Source of the DNA: Octopus vulgaris
Taxonomy: Eukaryota
DNA: 64,000 nt
Assembly (NCBI GenBank): GCA_951406725.2
Contig: OX597816.1
Span: 146,878,001 to 146,942,000 of the forward strand
Direction: 5' to 3'
A program made the position numbers and the translations under genes. The notes beneath the pieces are model-generated. The model was not told where the DNA came from. It saw only the letters and a program-made list of their open reading frames with translations, and did no database searches. Below, in pieces: positions 1 through 13,961 of the stretch (within the stretch, counting starts at the first letter, position 1; every line of letters starts with the position of its first letter).

Positions 1-1299
1 TTATTTTTTTTTTTTGGCAAAAGCATTGCCCACGCTACTCTACTTACTTTTCTTACATCAGGTTCATAACATTTTACTAGGGACAAATAATTCAGACGTG
101 TTATGTAACCGTCTCTGATTAAATTAATAATAATGACAATGCTTATAAACGAAAGTCGTGATTATCTACAATATATTCACTAAAACCATGGAGGCTTATA
201 AATTTCCTGGTTTGCAGAAGGAAAAAATATATAATAAAAGTTTGATAGAATCTTGCAAGCTCTTGTTGAGAATGTTGCTAATGTTCGTGAACTTTTCACT
301 GAATTACGCGAGATATTTTAACTGCAGAAGGACACGATTTAAATTCAGTACCTACTAATCAGTGAACATAAAATCGATCAGGAACATCAAAAATTAGCTT
401 TCATCCTATTCTGTTCCGGCATGATAAAAGCGAATAATCGCCTCTCCAATCCAAGTTTCCGAAAAACATTACGATGCTATGCGCATTGATTCTAACCATA
501 GTAAATCTTATATAAAACAAAGGAAATTTATTATTGACTATGTGTACGAAACGTTGGTATCATGGCAAATTAAGTACATGATTCAGGTTTCTGCTTATAG
601 CAGATGATTTCATTGCGTTTCTAGGGCGCTTATGCCTAATAAAGTGCAAACATAAATATCGAATATCTCTCTTGCTCCTTCTAGTAGTGCAGTTTCTATT
701 GTTAGTGCAACAAGAAATTAATATAAATAACAAAGAAAGAAGCATAATGAGACAGAGGATGAGGAATATGCAGTGGAATCGCTTGATGAGGAATAAGTAT
801 TCGGTTCGAAGAACCATTTATTATATGCAGAAAGCAAAATCAATGAGGCGTGTGCCTGAAGCTAGAGAAAATGTGGATATGTGTGCGTGTATATGCCTGT
901 ATGAACATGTATTTATCTTTGTATGTATGCGCATATGGTTGCAGGATTGTATTTGTCTGTAAAGTTAAATACATACACAAAGACACACACACAAACACAC
1001 GCACATATATACATGTGTGTATGTTTGTGTATGTGTCTGATAGAGATAGAGAGCGTGTGTGTATCTGTAGGAGAGAAATATTTAATCTATGCAAGATTAA
1101 TTGGTAGAAATTGTGATATAAAATATAAGACCAAATACTGACGCCAACTCGTGAATATACAAAGGTCATAATGATAATTTGTATTCTGGCTGCGGGGAAA
1201 TTTAGAGACAGAATGTATGCACATACAGACTTGGCTGATAGACTTACCAGTAATAAGTATGGCTTTCAGCTTAAAAACACAAAAATATTTGTGTATGTG

Positions 1300-1385
<86 letters not shown>

Positions 1386-1408
1386 GTGTGTGTGTGTGAG
1401 TTTATAAA

Positions 1409-2097
1409 ATGCTTGATAAAAATATAAATCATCTCATTTACATGGGTGATATAAAGCTCTCAGCAAAAAATTACCAGCAACTAGATGGCTTTATAGCGAT
1501 TGTTAAACAATTAAATGATGACATCAGGATGCAATTTGGCCACGATAAATATGCAAAAGCTCCCTTTATGAAAAGAAAAATGACAGAAATATCCACAATT
1601 AATCTTGACAAGCAGAATGTCCTATAGGAATTAGAACCAGCGGAGAGCTACAAGCATATTTGAAGGTCACGGAATCAGGCATTCAGTGATGCGAGAAAGG
1701 ATCAGTAGAGGATGTTATCGCAGGGTAAGAGCGATACTCAAGACAGAGCTGAATGCAAGAAACAGAATCGAAGCGAACAACACTTTAGCCATACCAGTCG
1801 TGATTTACAGTTTCAATACCATTAACTTGTCAATTACTGAAGTATGTAATCTTGACAGGAAAATACGAAAATTGTTGACAATGTATAGAGTTCATCACCC
1901 TAAGACAAATATAGAACGACTTTACCTGCCAAAAAAAGAGGGTGACCATGGACTTTACAAATGGAATTAACAATGATGATTGCCTCAATTGGCCTAGACA
2001 CCTATCTGAAAATCTCTGATGACTGAATGTTAAAACTTGTCGCAAACAATGAAAACAAGAAAGCATCATACTCAGTGACAAAACAGACAAAGTACTA
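1409..2097 (+). pseudogene. Decayed reverse transcriptase fragment of an R4/Dong-like non-LTR retrotransposon
   Basis: NHLIYMGDIKL (cf. HLLYMDDIKL), DIRMQFGHDKYAK, RVRAILKTELNARNRIEANNTLAIPV and RLYLPKKEG, broken by stops and frameshifts. Clade assignment is from remembered motifs. Confidence 0.8.
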
Positions 2098-2263
2098 GTG
2101 GGTTAAAATATTCCCAGTGCTAAACTGTTACTTAATTGATCAACCCCTAAAGGAGGACAGACTAAGTCGACTCCAGCGGAATTTGAAATCTGAACGTTAG
2201 GATGGACTAAATGCCGCTCAGCATTTTGCCCGGCGTGATAACGATTCTGCCAGCTCACCGCCT
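2098..2263 (-). mobile_element. SINE family B copy
   Basis: Head gattctgccagctcaccgcc and body aagtcgactccagcggaatttgaa in reverse orientation. Confidence 0.75.
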
Positions 2264-2265
2264 TA

Positions 2266-2279
2266 GTAATAATGATGAA

Positions 2280-2363
<84 letters not shown>

Positions 2364-2403
2364 TATAATAATAATGATGATGATGATGATAGTAATAATA
2401 ATA
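2266..2403. repeat. (AAT)n/(GAT)n microsatellite
   Basis: Directly visible. Confidence 0.97.
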
Positions 2404-3029
2404 GATTATGTCGTGTATGTATTTTTCTTAAATAATGCAAGTGATAATAATCATTTTGATTTTTTGTGTTCTACCAAATTTCGAATGATATCTGACGCAA
2501 AACGCCTACAAATCACGTGTTATCATAATATCGTGCTGCAGCAATTAAGACTGTTTGTATAAATTCTTTTCGTATCTTTCTTATAGATTGCTGCACTTCT
2601 TTCACTACTTTCCCTTTAATCTATATCTCCTTTTATGAGAAATATATCTAATAATGTACAAATCAATAAAAGTACAAAAACATACACCTATAATCTATTT
2701 ACTCGCTCACTAACACTTAATTATAAATATCTTAAAACAGTATCATAGTAAAGTACTTAGATTTGCTTTTTAAAAATGTCAGTGTACATAAAGAAAAGAT
2801 GACTGCGACAGACACATGAACAAATATTAAAGATTATGAAAAGAAACCTAGCAATATTAGAAATAAAATTAATAGCAATAACGTCATTAATATTCTGACT
2901 ACTTGTAGAAAAGTGACAATTAATAAGTGAGTTGATATCTCTATAGGCACGAAGCCTAGATTTAGAAGTCGAAATATTGTTTGCAGTGTTTAGCCGTAGT
3001 ATAGTGGTTAAGATATTTCGATGTTTAGA

Positions 3030-3785
<756 letters not shown>

Positions 3786-4875
3786 TATTATATATGATTG
3801 TGTGTGTGTATTATGTACATACATAATTTTATATACTCATACATATGTGTGGAATTTTGAGGACATTTATAAAGAGAAACTTAGACTTACAGCTCTTTCT
3901 GTCATATAAGGCATATCCCTTCATCAGAGAAGATGTGAGATGGCAATTAGAGGAAAATAGGTGGGTTCAATATAAGGAGTTAGTTTGGAAAAGGATGGAA
4001 ATAAGAAGTATAAAAGAAAAAAATATCACCCACTATCCCATTAGACACTACATTGAACACCGTCTATATTTAGAAACTTGACCATTATATCTTATTCTTC
4101 TCTTCCCTGTAAAGGCGTACTTGTAACTTTAGTAAACCCCCTGTATAATTTTCTGTACCCATCCCTCTACCTTAGTGCCATTGAAACATAGCACACTACC
4201 TCCCACTCCTCACACATATTCATTCCATACATTCTTATCTGTTTCTATACCTCCCCTACTCCTCTCCCATCCCTCTCATAATATCTTGATCACCAACTAA
4301 CACTCCATTTTCCTTTTCGCTTCCACGTTTTTCTTTCTTCTTTCCTCACCTATTTCTTTAGGCCATTCCCCTCATTTTAACATACATATCTTTTCTCTCG
4401 TCTCTTAATACTACCACTATATACTCAAAATTTCATTCACACCACAAAACCCCTTTCAATGAACAGCACATGGAACCCACGTCTCTACATTTCCCTTTGT
4501 AATGACAAAATATAAACCCCTATCAGAATTCATATAGCATGGAGAAGAAGCATTTCAACAGCTTCTACACAACACTTTCCTTGGATAATGCAACTTCAGC
4601 TATAACTTCCTACATATAATTTTAGACTTGCATTTATTCTCTTGTTTCCCTTCTTATTTCCATCCTTTTCCAGAAAACTCCTTAATTTGAACTTTCCCTG
4701 TATGTATACACGTATACATAACCGCACATACACACACGTACGTGCACATACCCATATGCGCACAATTATATTCAAATACAAGTCTAAAATACGCACATGT
4801 TACATAGGCATATATATATATATATGTGTGTGTGTGTATATGTATATATATATAAATATATACATATATATATAT

Positions 4876-4941
<66 letters not shown>

Positions 4942-5344
4942 AAGCTTTATGAAAATAGACAAAAGACGAAGGCAGGTGGAAAACAAACAAACAATTGTAT
5001 TAATATGGCGCTCAGGAAATATAAATATATATATATATATGTAAAGTTTGAAAAGTAGCGCATTAGTTGATATGTATAAGGAAAATAAGACAAGATAGAA
5101 AATGCTAAAGTAATGTTATCGTGAAATAATTTTGTAACGGTTCTTAGTTGAAAACGTCGAAAGGACTTTAAATTCCACACACACTTGGTTTTGCTCTCTC
5201 ATGTTATTTAACATATACATGCTGACACAAGTCTCACATTAGACTCCTCGTTCATATTATTATCTAACCGAGCGTCTAGCTACGGTTCTGTCGTAACACT
5301 TAGATAGTGTTACCTACTATTAGGGTCTTCTGGCTACCAATACA

Positions 5345-5385
<41 letters not shown>

Positions 5386-7065
5386 CTAGCATTATGACCT
5401 GTCGTTGTTGGGTCATAGTGCTAGTGCATGTATATATGTGTATATATATGTGTACATATTACATGTACATCTATATATATAGATCTACACATAAAATGCA
5501 AAATACAAAGTTATATCTTGATATCGCTAGTGATAACAATACTCAAAATATATAACAGACTGGAATTGTAGGCTCGTGTTTTGCAATTTCGATCAATTGT
5601 ATCTTGTCCTCCCTCTTGTCTAGATGTGTGGCTACAATCCAGCCTACCTCAACTTCTGATATCAGATATAAAGGTAAAAATAAAATATTACCACTTTGCA
5701 AGGTTCGAGTCGAGTACTCTCTTGCACGCTCCGTTGACTCGAACCTTGCTTCTATTGTGCCTCTGGTTAGATATCTTTCATAGTCGCACCAAGACACTTT
5801 TCGATGGTGCTTTCCTCCAGGTGTTCAAATCTTTTTTTTTCTCTACATTGCATACTTTATAGACAATAGTCTTTTCTTTAATTTAATTTTTTTATTTCGT
5901 TTGGTGGTGTTATTCTAGATTCACCGTCTTTGTCGGTGATCAATCAGTATTTCTTCCATTTTTATTTCGATGCGTTCGCGCCCGCCGACGGCTGCAGCGA
6001 AATTCATTTTTGGACTTTCTTCTATCGAAGGCATTCTAACAAAAATGCTTCCGTGTAAACGGTGAAAATATTGTCAATTTCCCCAAACAGGGACACAATT
6101 CAATTTTTAAACAATAACCAAAGCTCCTTCTCCCAAAGGGGGAGGGTTACGGTTTACACTTATTTAACAAATGCAACACAACAATGTTTCTTTTACGAGG
6201 AACCAACAAACGTGATAACAATAGTTAAACAGTAATAATAATAACAACAAACCTTACGATGAGTCAGAAAGCAGTAAGCAGTGGAAGCTTTAGTCCTTTA
6301 TGTAGAAGAAATAAACCAACAGCAGTACTCTGTAGGGGCGGCTATTCGAGAAAACAGGTATTACATACAGCCAAAGTTCATATAGATATTTAATGCTAGC
6401 TAATTAGCAGATAATTTAATGTAAAAGCACAGCTCCATCTGGACTATTCCATTTCTGCACGCTAATTTTATTTTTAATTCATTCCCATTCATGTGAAACC
6501 ACTTATTCAAGTTCAAGTCATTGATGCAATTTTATACCAATTGCTATTTTTACTTTTGTTATGTTACGATTATATCATACTTTAGTTTGATTTTAATTAC
6601 TACTTACTACATATAATTCAATTGTTATTATTATCTCTAATTTTTATTGTTAAAATGAAAGCATCTGATATAAAACAGAAAAATGTTTTTGTTTCACTTT
6701 TAACACGTAATACTGAAATAGTGGAGAAGATATGATATTGCTATGGGCTCGCTCTAGGCAGGAATTTGAACATTTTTTTCGCCCATGAATCTACATGAAT
6801 CTAAGTAAGGCATGTGTAAAATTTGAATGAAATTGGTTGTGTAGTTCTCAAGTTTTAGGGAATCGTAGTGGAGAAGATATGATATTGCTGTGGGCTCGCC
6901 CTAGGCAAAAAGTTAAAAATTATTTTTGCCGATGACACTCCCCGTACCCTAAGTAAGGCATGTGTAAAATATGAATGAAATTGGTTGTGTAGTTCTCAAG
7001 TTTTAGGGAAACACACAGACAGACAGACAGACAGACACACATTCTCAGTTTTATATAGAGAGAGA
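5386..7065 (-). mobile_element. Non-autonomous Helitron-like element with an internal ~147-bp tandem duplication
   Basis: Minus-strand head TCTCTCTCTATATAAAACTGAGAATGTGTGTCTGTCTGTC and an AACCAATTTCATTCAAATTT motif. Terminal hairpin and CTAG|T at 5385-5425. Duplicated unit at 6719-6862 and 6866-7010. That both ends belong to one element is inferred. Confidence 0.6.
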
Positions 7066-7869
7066 TATATATTCTTACACTAGTAGAATTGAACGAATCA
7101 AAAAAAGCAACTGTTGTCTTTACATTGCAAGTTGTTTTCTATAGCAATGCACGTTCTGAATGATATCATATTTTGTGGTTGTGTTTTGGCCAGTAAAGTA
7201 TGAACTTACGCACGAGTTGTACTACTAATTATTAGTAGTATTATTACAGATAGCTACTTTTACTCTCCATTGAAAGTACAGAATAATAGTAGTTTTACTA
7301 TTATATTTTCTTAAAATATGTACTATCATTGCAGCGCACTTTTCATTGCTATGTTTGTTACATTGTCAAACATTACCTACCTATACATGTAAGATCTGTT
7401 TGGGAGAGAGAGAGAGTTGTTTAGCTTTTGTTGTGATTTCATTGTGTCTAATGTTAAGCTTTTCCATTTGATTTTGTCAATATAAAAGCGTATTTATGAG
7501 GCATGTGACAGTGTGTGCATTCCTTTTGTTCTTTGTGTATAAGTAGAGTTTTTTCTTAATGTTTGTTTTCGTTTAGTTCTTCTGAATTTATGCACGTGGA
7601 ACACTTCTTTTTAGTAGATATTAATATCTACTGCTCGAAGATTTTTAAATTTTTCTCTTCTTTTTTTTGCAAAATATATCTTTTTGGTAGCAATGAATTA
7701 CATCTAATCCATGAATGAGATAATACCTGATCCCTGTTAATGCAGTACGCTCGAAACGATTTTGACAACAAGCTGGAGTCATTCGTGTTTCATGAAGTGA
7801 ATGAGTGGATGTGCTGGTTATATCGTTATTTGTTTTGAATTTATTCAAAGTCGCTGCTTCACTTGCCCT

Positions 7870-8118
7870 TATCATTCCAACACCCCCCCTCACCGGTACC
7901 CATCATCCATCCTATCATATCACTGGCTCCTTCACCTGCACTTCTACCAATGTCATCTACTGCATCTCCTGCTCTCTCTCTCTCTCTTTCTCTATCTCTA
8001 TCTTTCTTTCTCTCTCTCTCTCTGCCCTTCTCTATACATTGGACAAACTGGACGCCACATGGCTGACCGGTTCGCAGAACACCTCCGGGACATTCGACTC
8101 GGCAATGACACCCCGGTC

Positions 8119-8120
<2 letters not shown>
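7870..8120 (+). pseudogene. Penelope-like element GIY-YIG endonuclease fragment interrupted by a (CT)n expansion
   Basis: ITGSFTCTSTNVIYCISCS, then the (CT)n tract, then LCPSLYIGQTGRHMADRFAEHLRDIR. Confidence 0.85.
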
Positions 8121-8158
<38 letters not shown>

Positions 8159-8161
<3 letters not shown>

Positions 8162-8462
8162 CTTGACAACTGATGTTGGTGTGTTTACGTCCCTGCAACT
8201 TAGAGGTTCGGCAAAACAGGCCGATAGTATATGTACTAGGCTTACAAAGAATAATTGCTGGGGTTGATTTTTTCGACGAAATATCATTTAAGGTGGTGCT
8301 CCAGCATGGCCACAGTGAAATGGCTGAAACAAGTAAAATAGTAAAAGAAAGAATAAAAGAATATACAGATATATATTCTTTTATTCTTTTCCGTGTTTCA
8401 GTCATTTGACTGCAGCCATGCTGGAGCACCGCCTGCTAGTTGAATAAATCGGCCTCAAGACC
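8159..8462. mobile_element. Two SINE family A 3' halves arranged tail-to-tail
   Basis: ggtggtgctccagcatggc at about 8292 and its reverse complement gccatgctggagcaccgcc at about 8415-8433. Confidence 0.8.
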
Positions 8463-8474
8463 TATTTGCTTATA

Positions 8475-8909
8475 GGTGCAGTAGTGGCTGTGAGATAAAT
8501 TCCGGGTTCAGTCCCACTGTGTGGCACTTTGGGCCAGTGTCTTCTACTATAGCCTTGGAACGACGAAAGCTTTGTGATTGGATTTTGTAAACGGTAATCG
8601 AAAGAAGCCCGTTGTATATATATATGTGTGTATGTGTGTGTATCTGTGTGCGTGCGTATGTGTGTCTGTGTTTGTGTGCCTGTGTCTGTGTTTGTGTGTC
8701 TGTGTGTCTGTGTCTGTCTCCTCACTATCGCTTGACAACATATGCTGTTGTGTCTACGTCCCCGTAACATAGCGGTTCGGCAAAAGAGACCGACAGAATA
8801 AATACTAGACTTACGAAGAGTAATTCATGGGGTCTATTTATTCGACTAAAGGATGTTCTCCAGCCTGGACGCAATCAAATGACTGAAACAAACAAAAGAA
8901 TAAAAGAAG
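8475..8909 (+). mobile_element. SINE family A copy
   Basis: Colinear similarity to 10982-11390. Confidence 0.85.
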
Positions 8910-10084
8910 AGAAAATATATAGGATAAAGGCTCCCTTCGATCATGAATTATCATGGGATTGCACCAAAAAGTTTCCCCTCCGAGGCACAACTCCGGGCAA
9001 GATTGTTTATGGAAGATCAGCAGCCGTCCATGCATACCAACCTCCCATCTCCACGCCACTGATGTTATTCACGGGAAAGGCAAATATGTGACACTAGTGA
9101 CCCTTAACTCATTTCTACAGCTCAGTGGACAGGAGTCACATGAAATAAAATGTCTATATACCCATGTATGTATATTGGTGTATGTAGTGTGCGAGTTCTT
9201 GTTTGTTATTTAAATTGTGAGTTCCATATGTATGTCTTCCATATTGCATTAAATGCTTCTTCTGCAGAAAAAAAGTATCGTGGTATTATTTTTGGATTTA
9301 CTTATTTGCTATATATATATATACTGATAGGAGTTTGGGGGAAAGATCGATATATAAATTGATGGACACAAAGCCATAGGAACATACATCTGATGATGAC
9401 TACCTATCTGGATGTGAATATGTCACTGTACAGATACAGCTATCACCATATAGAATTGGTGAACATCCTATTATCAGCTTTGTGCAGTTCAGCATAATAA
9501 CATAGTAGGTAGTTTCATGCACAGCAATACACATTGATTAGAGAACAGGTTGTCTTAGAATAAGTTACATATAAAGGAAAATAAAACAGGTAATCGTGAC
9601 CGTTTGTATATGAAAGAAGTCCTATAGATATGTAAGCAGAGGGAGGTAGAAACGGATCACTAGAGCAAAAAATAAGATACAGGTTAGCCAAGTTAGTTTT
9701 CACACTAGAGATTAGAGAGAGAGAAAGTGGGGGGGCGCAAATACTGAAGTAGTAATACCGGAAAGTGAATGGAGAAAAGTTTTGTCGCGGAAATATAGAG
9801 ATCAATGAATATACATAGATCGATTGGTGAATAGAAATGTATATATGATATGTGAATGTGATACATAACTTAGATGCAAATACACGAATACTGGCGAACG
9901 AATACGTGTATGAGTATTGCTATATATATGTGTGTGTGCTTATGTGTGTGCTTGTGTGTGTGTGTGTGCATTTGTGGTTGAATATTCATACACACACACA
10001 AACACACAACACTACACTATATATACATATATTAATTTGTTATATTATATTTGTCTGCATCTATTTGATTTATGCGTATTTCAG

Positions 10085-10475
10085 TATTATGTCGTGGCAC
10101 TCTGTCGGTTACAGTGGCTAGGGTTCTAGTTTATGCGATCAACGGAACAGCCTGATCGCGAAATTAACGTGCAAGTAATTGAGCTCTCCACAGAGACGTG
10201 TACCCTGAACGTAGTTCTCGGGGAGATTCAGCGTGACACAGAATGTTACAAAGCTGGCCTTTTAAGATGCAGATGCAACAACAGAAACAGGAAGAAAGAG
10301 TGAGAGAAAGTTGTGGGGAAAATGTACATCAGGGTTCGCCTCCAACCCCTGCCGGAGCCTCGTGGAGATTTAGGTGTTTTCGGTTAATAAACACTAACAA
10401 CTCTCGGTGTGAGTATCGTACTACGATCCTACGACCGCAAATCCGCTGCCCTAACTGCTGGGCCATTGCGCCTCC
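10085..10475 (-). mobile_element. tRNA-derived SINE, family C
   Basis: Minus-strand head GGAGGCGCAATGGCCCAGCAGTTAGGGCAGCGGA is tRNA-like. Related fragments lie near 20040-20155, 42660-42770 and 62470-62720. Confidence 0.7.
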
Positions 10476-10530
10476 AGTATTATGTATACCTGTCATGTAT
10501 TTGTGTACGTCATTAATATATAAGTGCATG

Positions 10531-10574
<44 letters not shown>

Positions 10575-10734
10575 TGGTTCCTCCTTCAGTGAACAACCTG
10601 GCACGTTGGGCAATTGTTTTTGCTATGGATTTGGTCCGACCAAAATCCTGTTGGGAGATTTCGTACAGAGAACCTGAAAAGTCATGGCTTAAATTATCCT
10701 TGTCTTCCATTCAATTTTTACTTTTCATTCATGC

Positions 10735-10913
10735 TGGACTTAGCAGTATTTCGTCTGGTTTTACGTTCTGAGTTCAAATTCCACCGAGGTCGACTTTGCC
10801 TTTCATCCTTACGGGGTCGATGAATTAAGTGCCAGTTGCGTACTGGGATTGATCAAATCGATTGGCCCTCTCCAACCAAATTTCAGGCCTTGTGCTTATA
10901 GTAGAAAGGATTA
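10735..10913 (+). mobile_element. SINE family B copy (5' truncated)
   Basis: Matches 63035-63210. Confidence 0.8.
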
Positions 10914-10981
10914 ATTGTATTATTGTTTTTTCGTAATTTTATTTTTCACTATTTCTTTGTATCATTATTTTTATATTCCTA

Positions 10982-11390
10982 GGCGCAGGAGTGGCTGTGT
11001 GGTAAGTAGCTTGCTTACCAGCCACATGGTTCCGGGTTCAGTCCCACAGCGTGGCATCTTGGGCAAGTGTCTTCTACTATAGCCTCGGGCCGACCAAAGC
11101 CTTGTGAGTGGATTTGGTAGATGGAAACCGAAAGAAGCCCGTCGTATATATGTATATATATATATATGTGTGTGTGTATATTTGTGTGTCTGCCTTTGTT
11201 CCCCTAGCATTGCTTGACAACCGATGCTGGTGTGTTTATGTCCCCGTTACTTAGCGGTTCGGCAAAAGATACCAATAGAATAAGTACTGGGCTTACAAAG
11301 AATAAGTCCCGGGGTCGATTTGCTCGACTAAAGGCGGTGCTCCAGCATGGCCGCAGTCAAATAACTGATACAAGTAAAAGAGTAAAGAGA
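10982..11390 (+). mobile_element. tRNA-derived SINE, family A (near-complete)
   Basis: A box TGGCTGTGTGG, B box GGTTCAGTCCC, CORE-like CTTGGGCAAGTG, internal (TA)/(TG) tract and a GTAAAAGA-type tail. Several copies occur in the window. Confidence 0.85.
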
Positions 11391-12391
11391 TTACACACCA
11401 CACACAATGTCGCACGCGCACTCACATATACTCGCCCACACGTATTCACACACCACACATCATCGCGCGCGGACACACGTGGACACATGCTACAGACACA
11501 TCCACGCGCACATGCACACACGCCTGCGCGCGTATTCTCACACACACATACACTCATACACACATATACGTCCGCACACATAATACCCACACCCTGGGCT
11601 ACACCAAAGGCACCTACACACACTCCTTCTCACCCTTTCAAGCCAGAGTCACCCATATTCACACCTCCTGTCTGCCTTTGACCCATATTGACCCTCCCAA
11701 CTACGCACACATGCAAACGTGCATACAGACATAGGGCCACACCCACCCATTCACACATCCGTCACTATAGCTGCTGATCACTCAAACCGACATTAATACA
11801 CACGTATACAGATCCTACTACAGACAAAGTGTTAATATCATTTAAACATACACTACCAGACGCATGCACGCTACCACGCACATACACATACAGTCATTTG
11901 CGACCACACACACTAGCTGCCATACATACACACGCTACCACATATACACACACACATACAACACGCTGATACACTCACCACACGCTCTTACACACGCGGG
12001 AGCGCGCACACACGCTCATACAGGCCATTTTCGCATTTTCATCTTCCAGAAAGCAATTTCCCTTCATCTCTACTTCCGGTCACTTATTTCCAAAATATAA
12101 CCGCTCGTGACTGTTGGCGGTCTTCTTCCTCCTTCCTTTAGAGCATTCCTGTTTCTTCCTTTTTCAGAAGATCTATGCTCCAAACGTAAAACTTACACAC
12201 TTTTCCATCTCTGAGCATCTTATTAATACATTGCTTCTGTCGCATCCAAACGTTTTTGCCTTCTTCTCTGTAGTCTTTTGAATTGACTATATATATATAG
12301 AATGGTTGTATACTGTCAATCTAACACGACCATTCTATCGCCCCACCACCGTATGTGTCTCTACGAGAGATTTACAAATATAGTATTTCTG

Positions 12392-12451
<60 letters not shown>

Positions 12452-13461
12452 GTGTGTGTATGTATACATATTTATTTATATATTTATAATGGAATGGGAC
12501 CTTTATTTGCATATTCAAAACGTGACCCGTAAAAATGTATATATATATATGCGTGTGCGTGTGAGTGCGTATGCGTGCGTGCGCGCGCTTGTGTGTATAT
12601 GTGAGTGTCTGTGCGTGTATGAATATGTGTGTGTCGTTGAGTTCGTGTTTGCACCCGTAGCCGGTTTACTAGCGATGTTCATGTGGTCACGTCTCCGTAA
12701 CATGAGAGCTCGGAAAAAGAGACCTTACATATATATATATATGTATGTATGCATATATCATTTATGTTTATATATATTTATATAACTACTGGGGTGGTGA
12801 GTAATCGTTCAACTGTAAAATTCTTCAATGTGGTGCTTCATCATGTCTGCAGTCTAATGAATGAAACAAATACATATATAAATACTGAAAGATATATTGC
12901 TATATTTGGAGAGGGCTACATTTTTTGCCAGTTAACCATACGCAGTATATACTTGGTCTTCGCTTCAACTTTATCGTTATTCTTACTTTAGTATGATTTG
13001 TTTCAATTCTGCATTTTCTGAAGTGGTCACAGGTTGTGCGAAGGAATCTTTCCGACAAAGGATATTAAAGTAAAAACAATCATAAAGCTGGAGTGAGAAA
13101 CAAAATCTAAACCATGGTACCACTCCTTAATAATGTAATATAAATTTGTTTGGTAAAATTAAATACCTTTTCAAGGGCCACATTGAGGTTTATTAGTAAC
13201 CAGAGAGAACATATGGTTATATGTATCTGTCTATCTGGCCGAGACAGAATAATTGAGTCAGTTGTAGCACAGCAAATTAATTCTTTTAGTGAAACGGAGA
13301 TCCCATGATGACTCACCTGGCCGAAAATTCGAAGACACTGTCAATATTATTCTTGTTTAAGAATCATAAATCTGTTTATAACGAAAGGAAGAGTAACCCA
13401 TCAGATTAATGCAGAACTGTTTTCCATATAACTAATGTATATATATATATATATATATATA

Positions 13462-13666
13462 TGCTTCTTTTATTTGCTTCAGTCATTTGACTGCGGCCAT
13501 GCTGGAGCGCCGTCTTTAGTCGAGCAAATCGACCCCATGACTTATTCTTTGTAAGCCTAGTACTTATTCTATCTGTCCGTTTTGCCGAACCACTAAGTTA
13601 CGAGGACGTAAACACACCAGCATCGGTTGTCAAGCGATGTTGGGGGGACAAACATATATATATATA

Positions 13667-13697
<31 letters not shown>

Positions 13698-13859
13698 GAC
13701 AGGCTTCTTTCAGTTTCCGTCTACCAAATCCACTCACAAGGCTTTGGTCGGCCCGAGGCTATAGTAGAAGACACTTGCTGAAGGTGTCACGCAGTGGGAC
13801 AAAACCCAGAACCATGTGGTTGGTAAACAAGCTACTTACCACACAGCCACTCCTGCGCC
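13462..13859 (-). mobile_element. SINE family A copy
   Basis: Reverse-complement similarity to 10982-11390 from head to tail. Confidence 0.85.

Positions 13860-13961
<102 letters not shown>

Noticed and set aside
760-800. EEYAVESL as the start of a chromodomain
   Set aside because: A stop codon follows within a few codons and the rest of the domain is missing.
6719-7010. Repeated units as a CRISPR-like array
   Set aside because: Only two ~147-bp units with no repeat-spacer structure, in a eukaryotic context with no cas genes.
10982-11060. tRNA genes at SINE heads
   Set aside because: A/B boxes are present but there is no full cloverleaf, and they continue into repeated SINE bodies.
12160-12195. 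Hammerhead-family copy (agaagatctatgctccaaacgtaaaa)
   Set aside because: It belongs to the same repeat family, but both core boxes are mutated.
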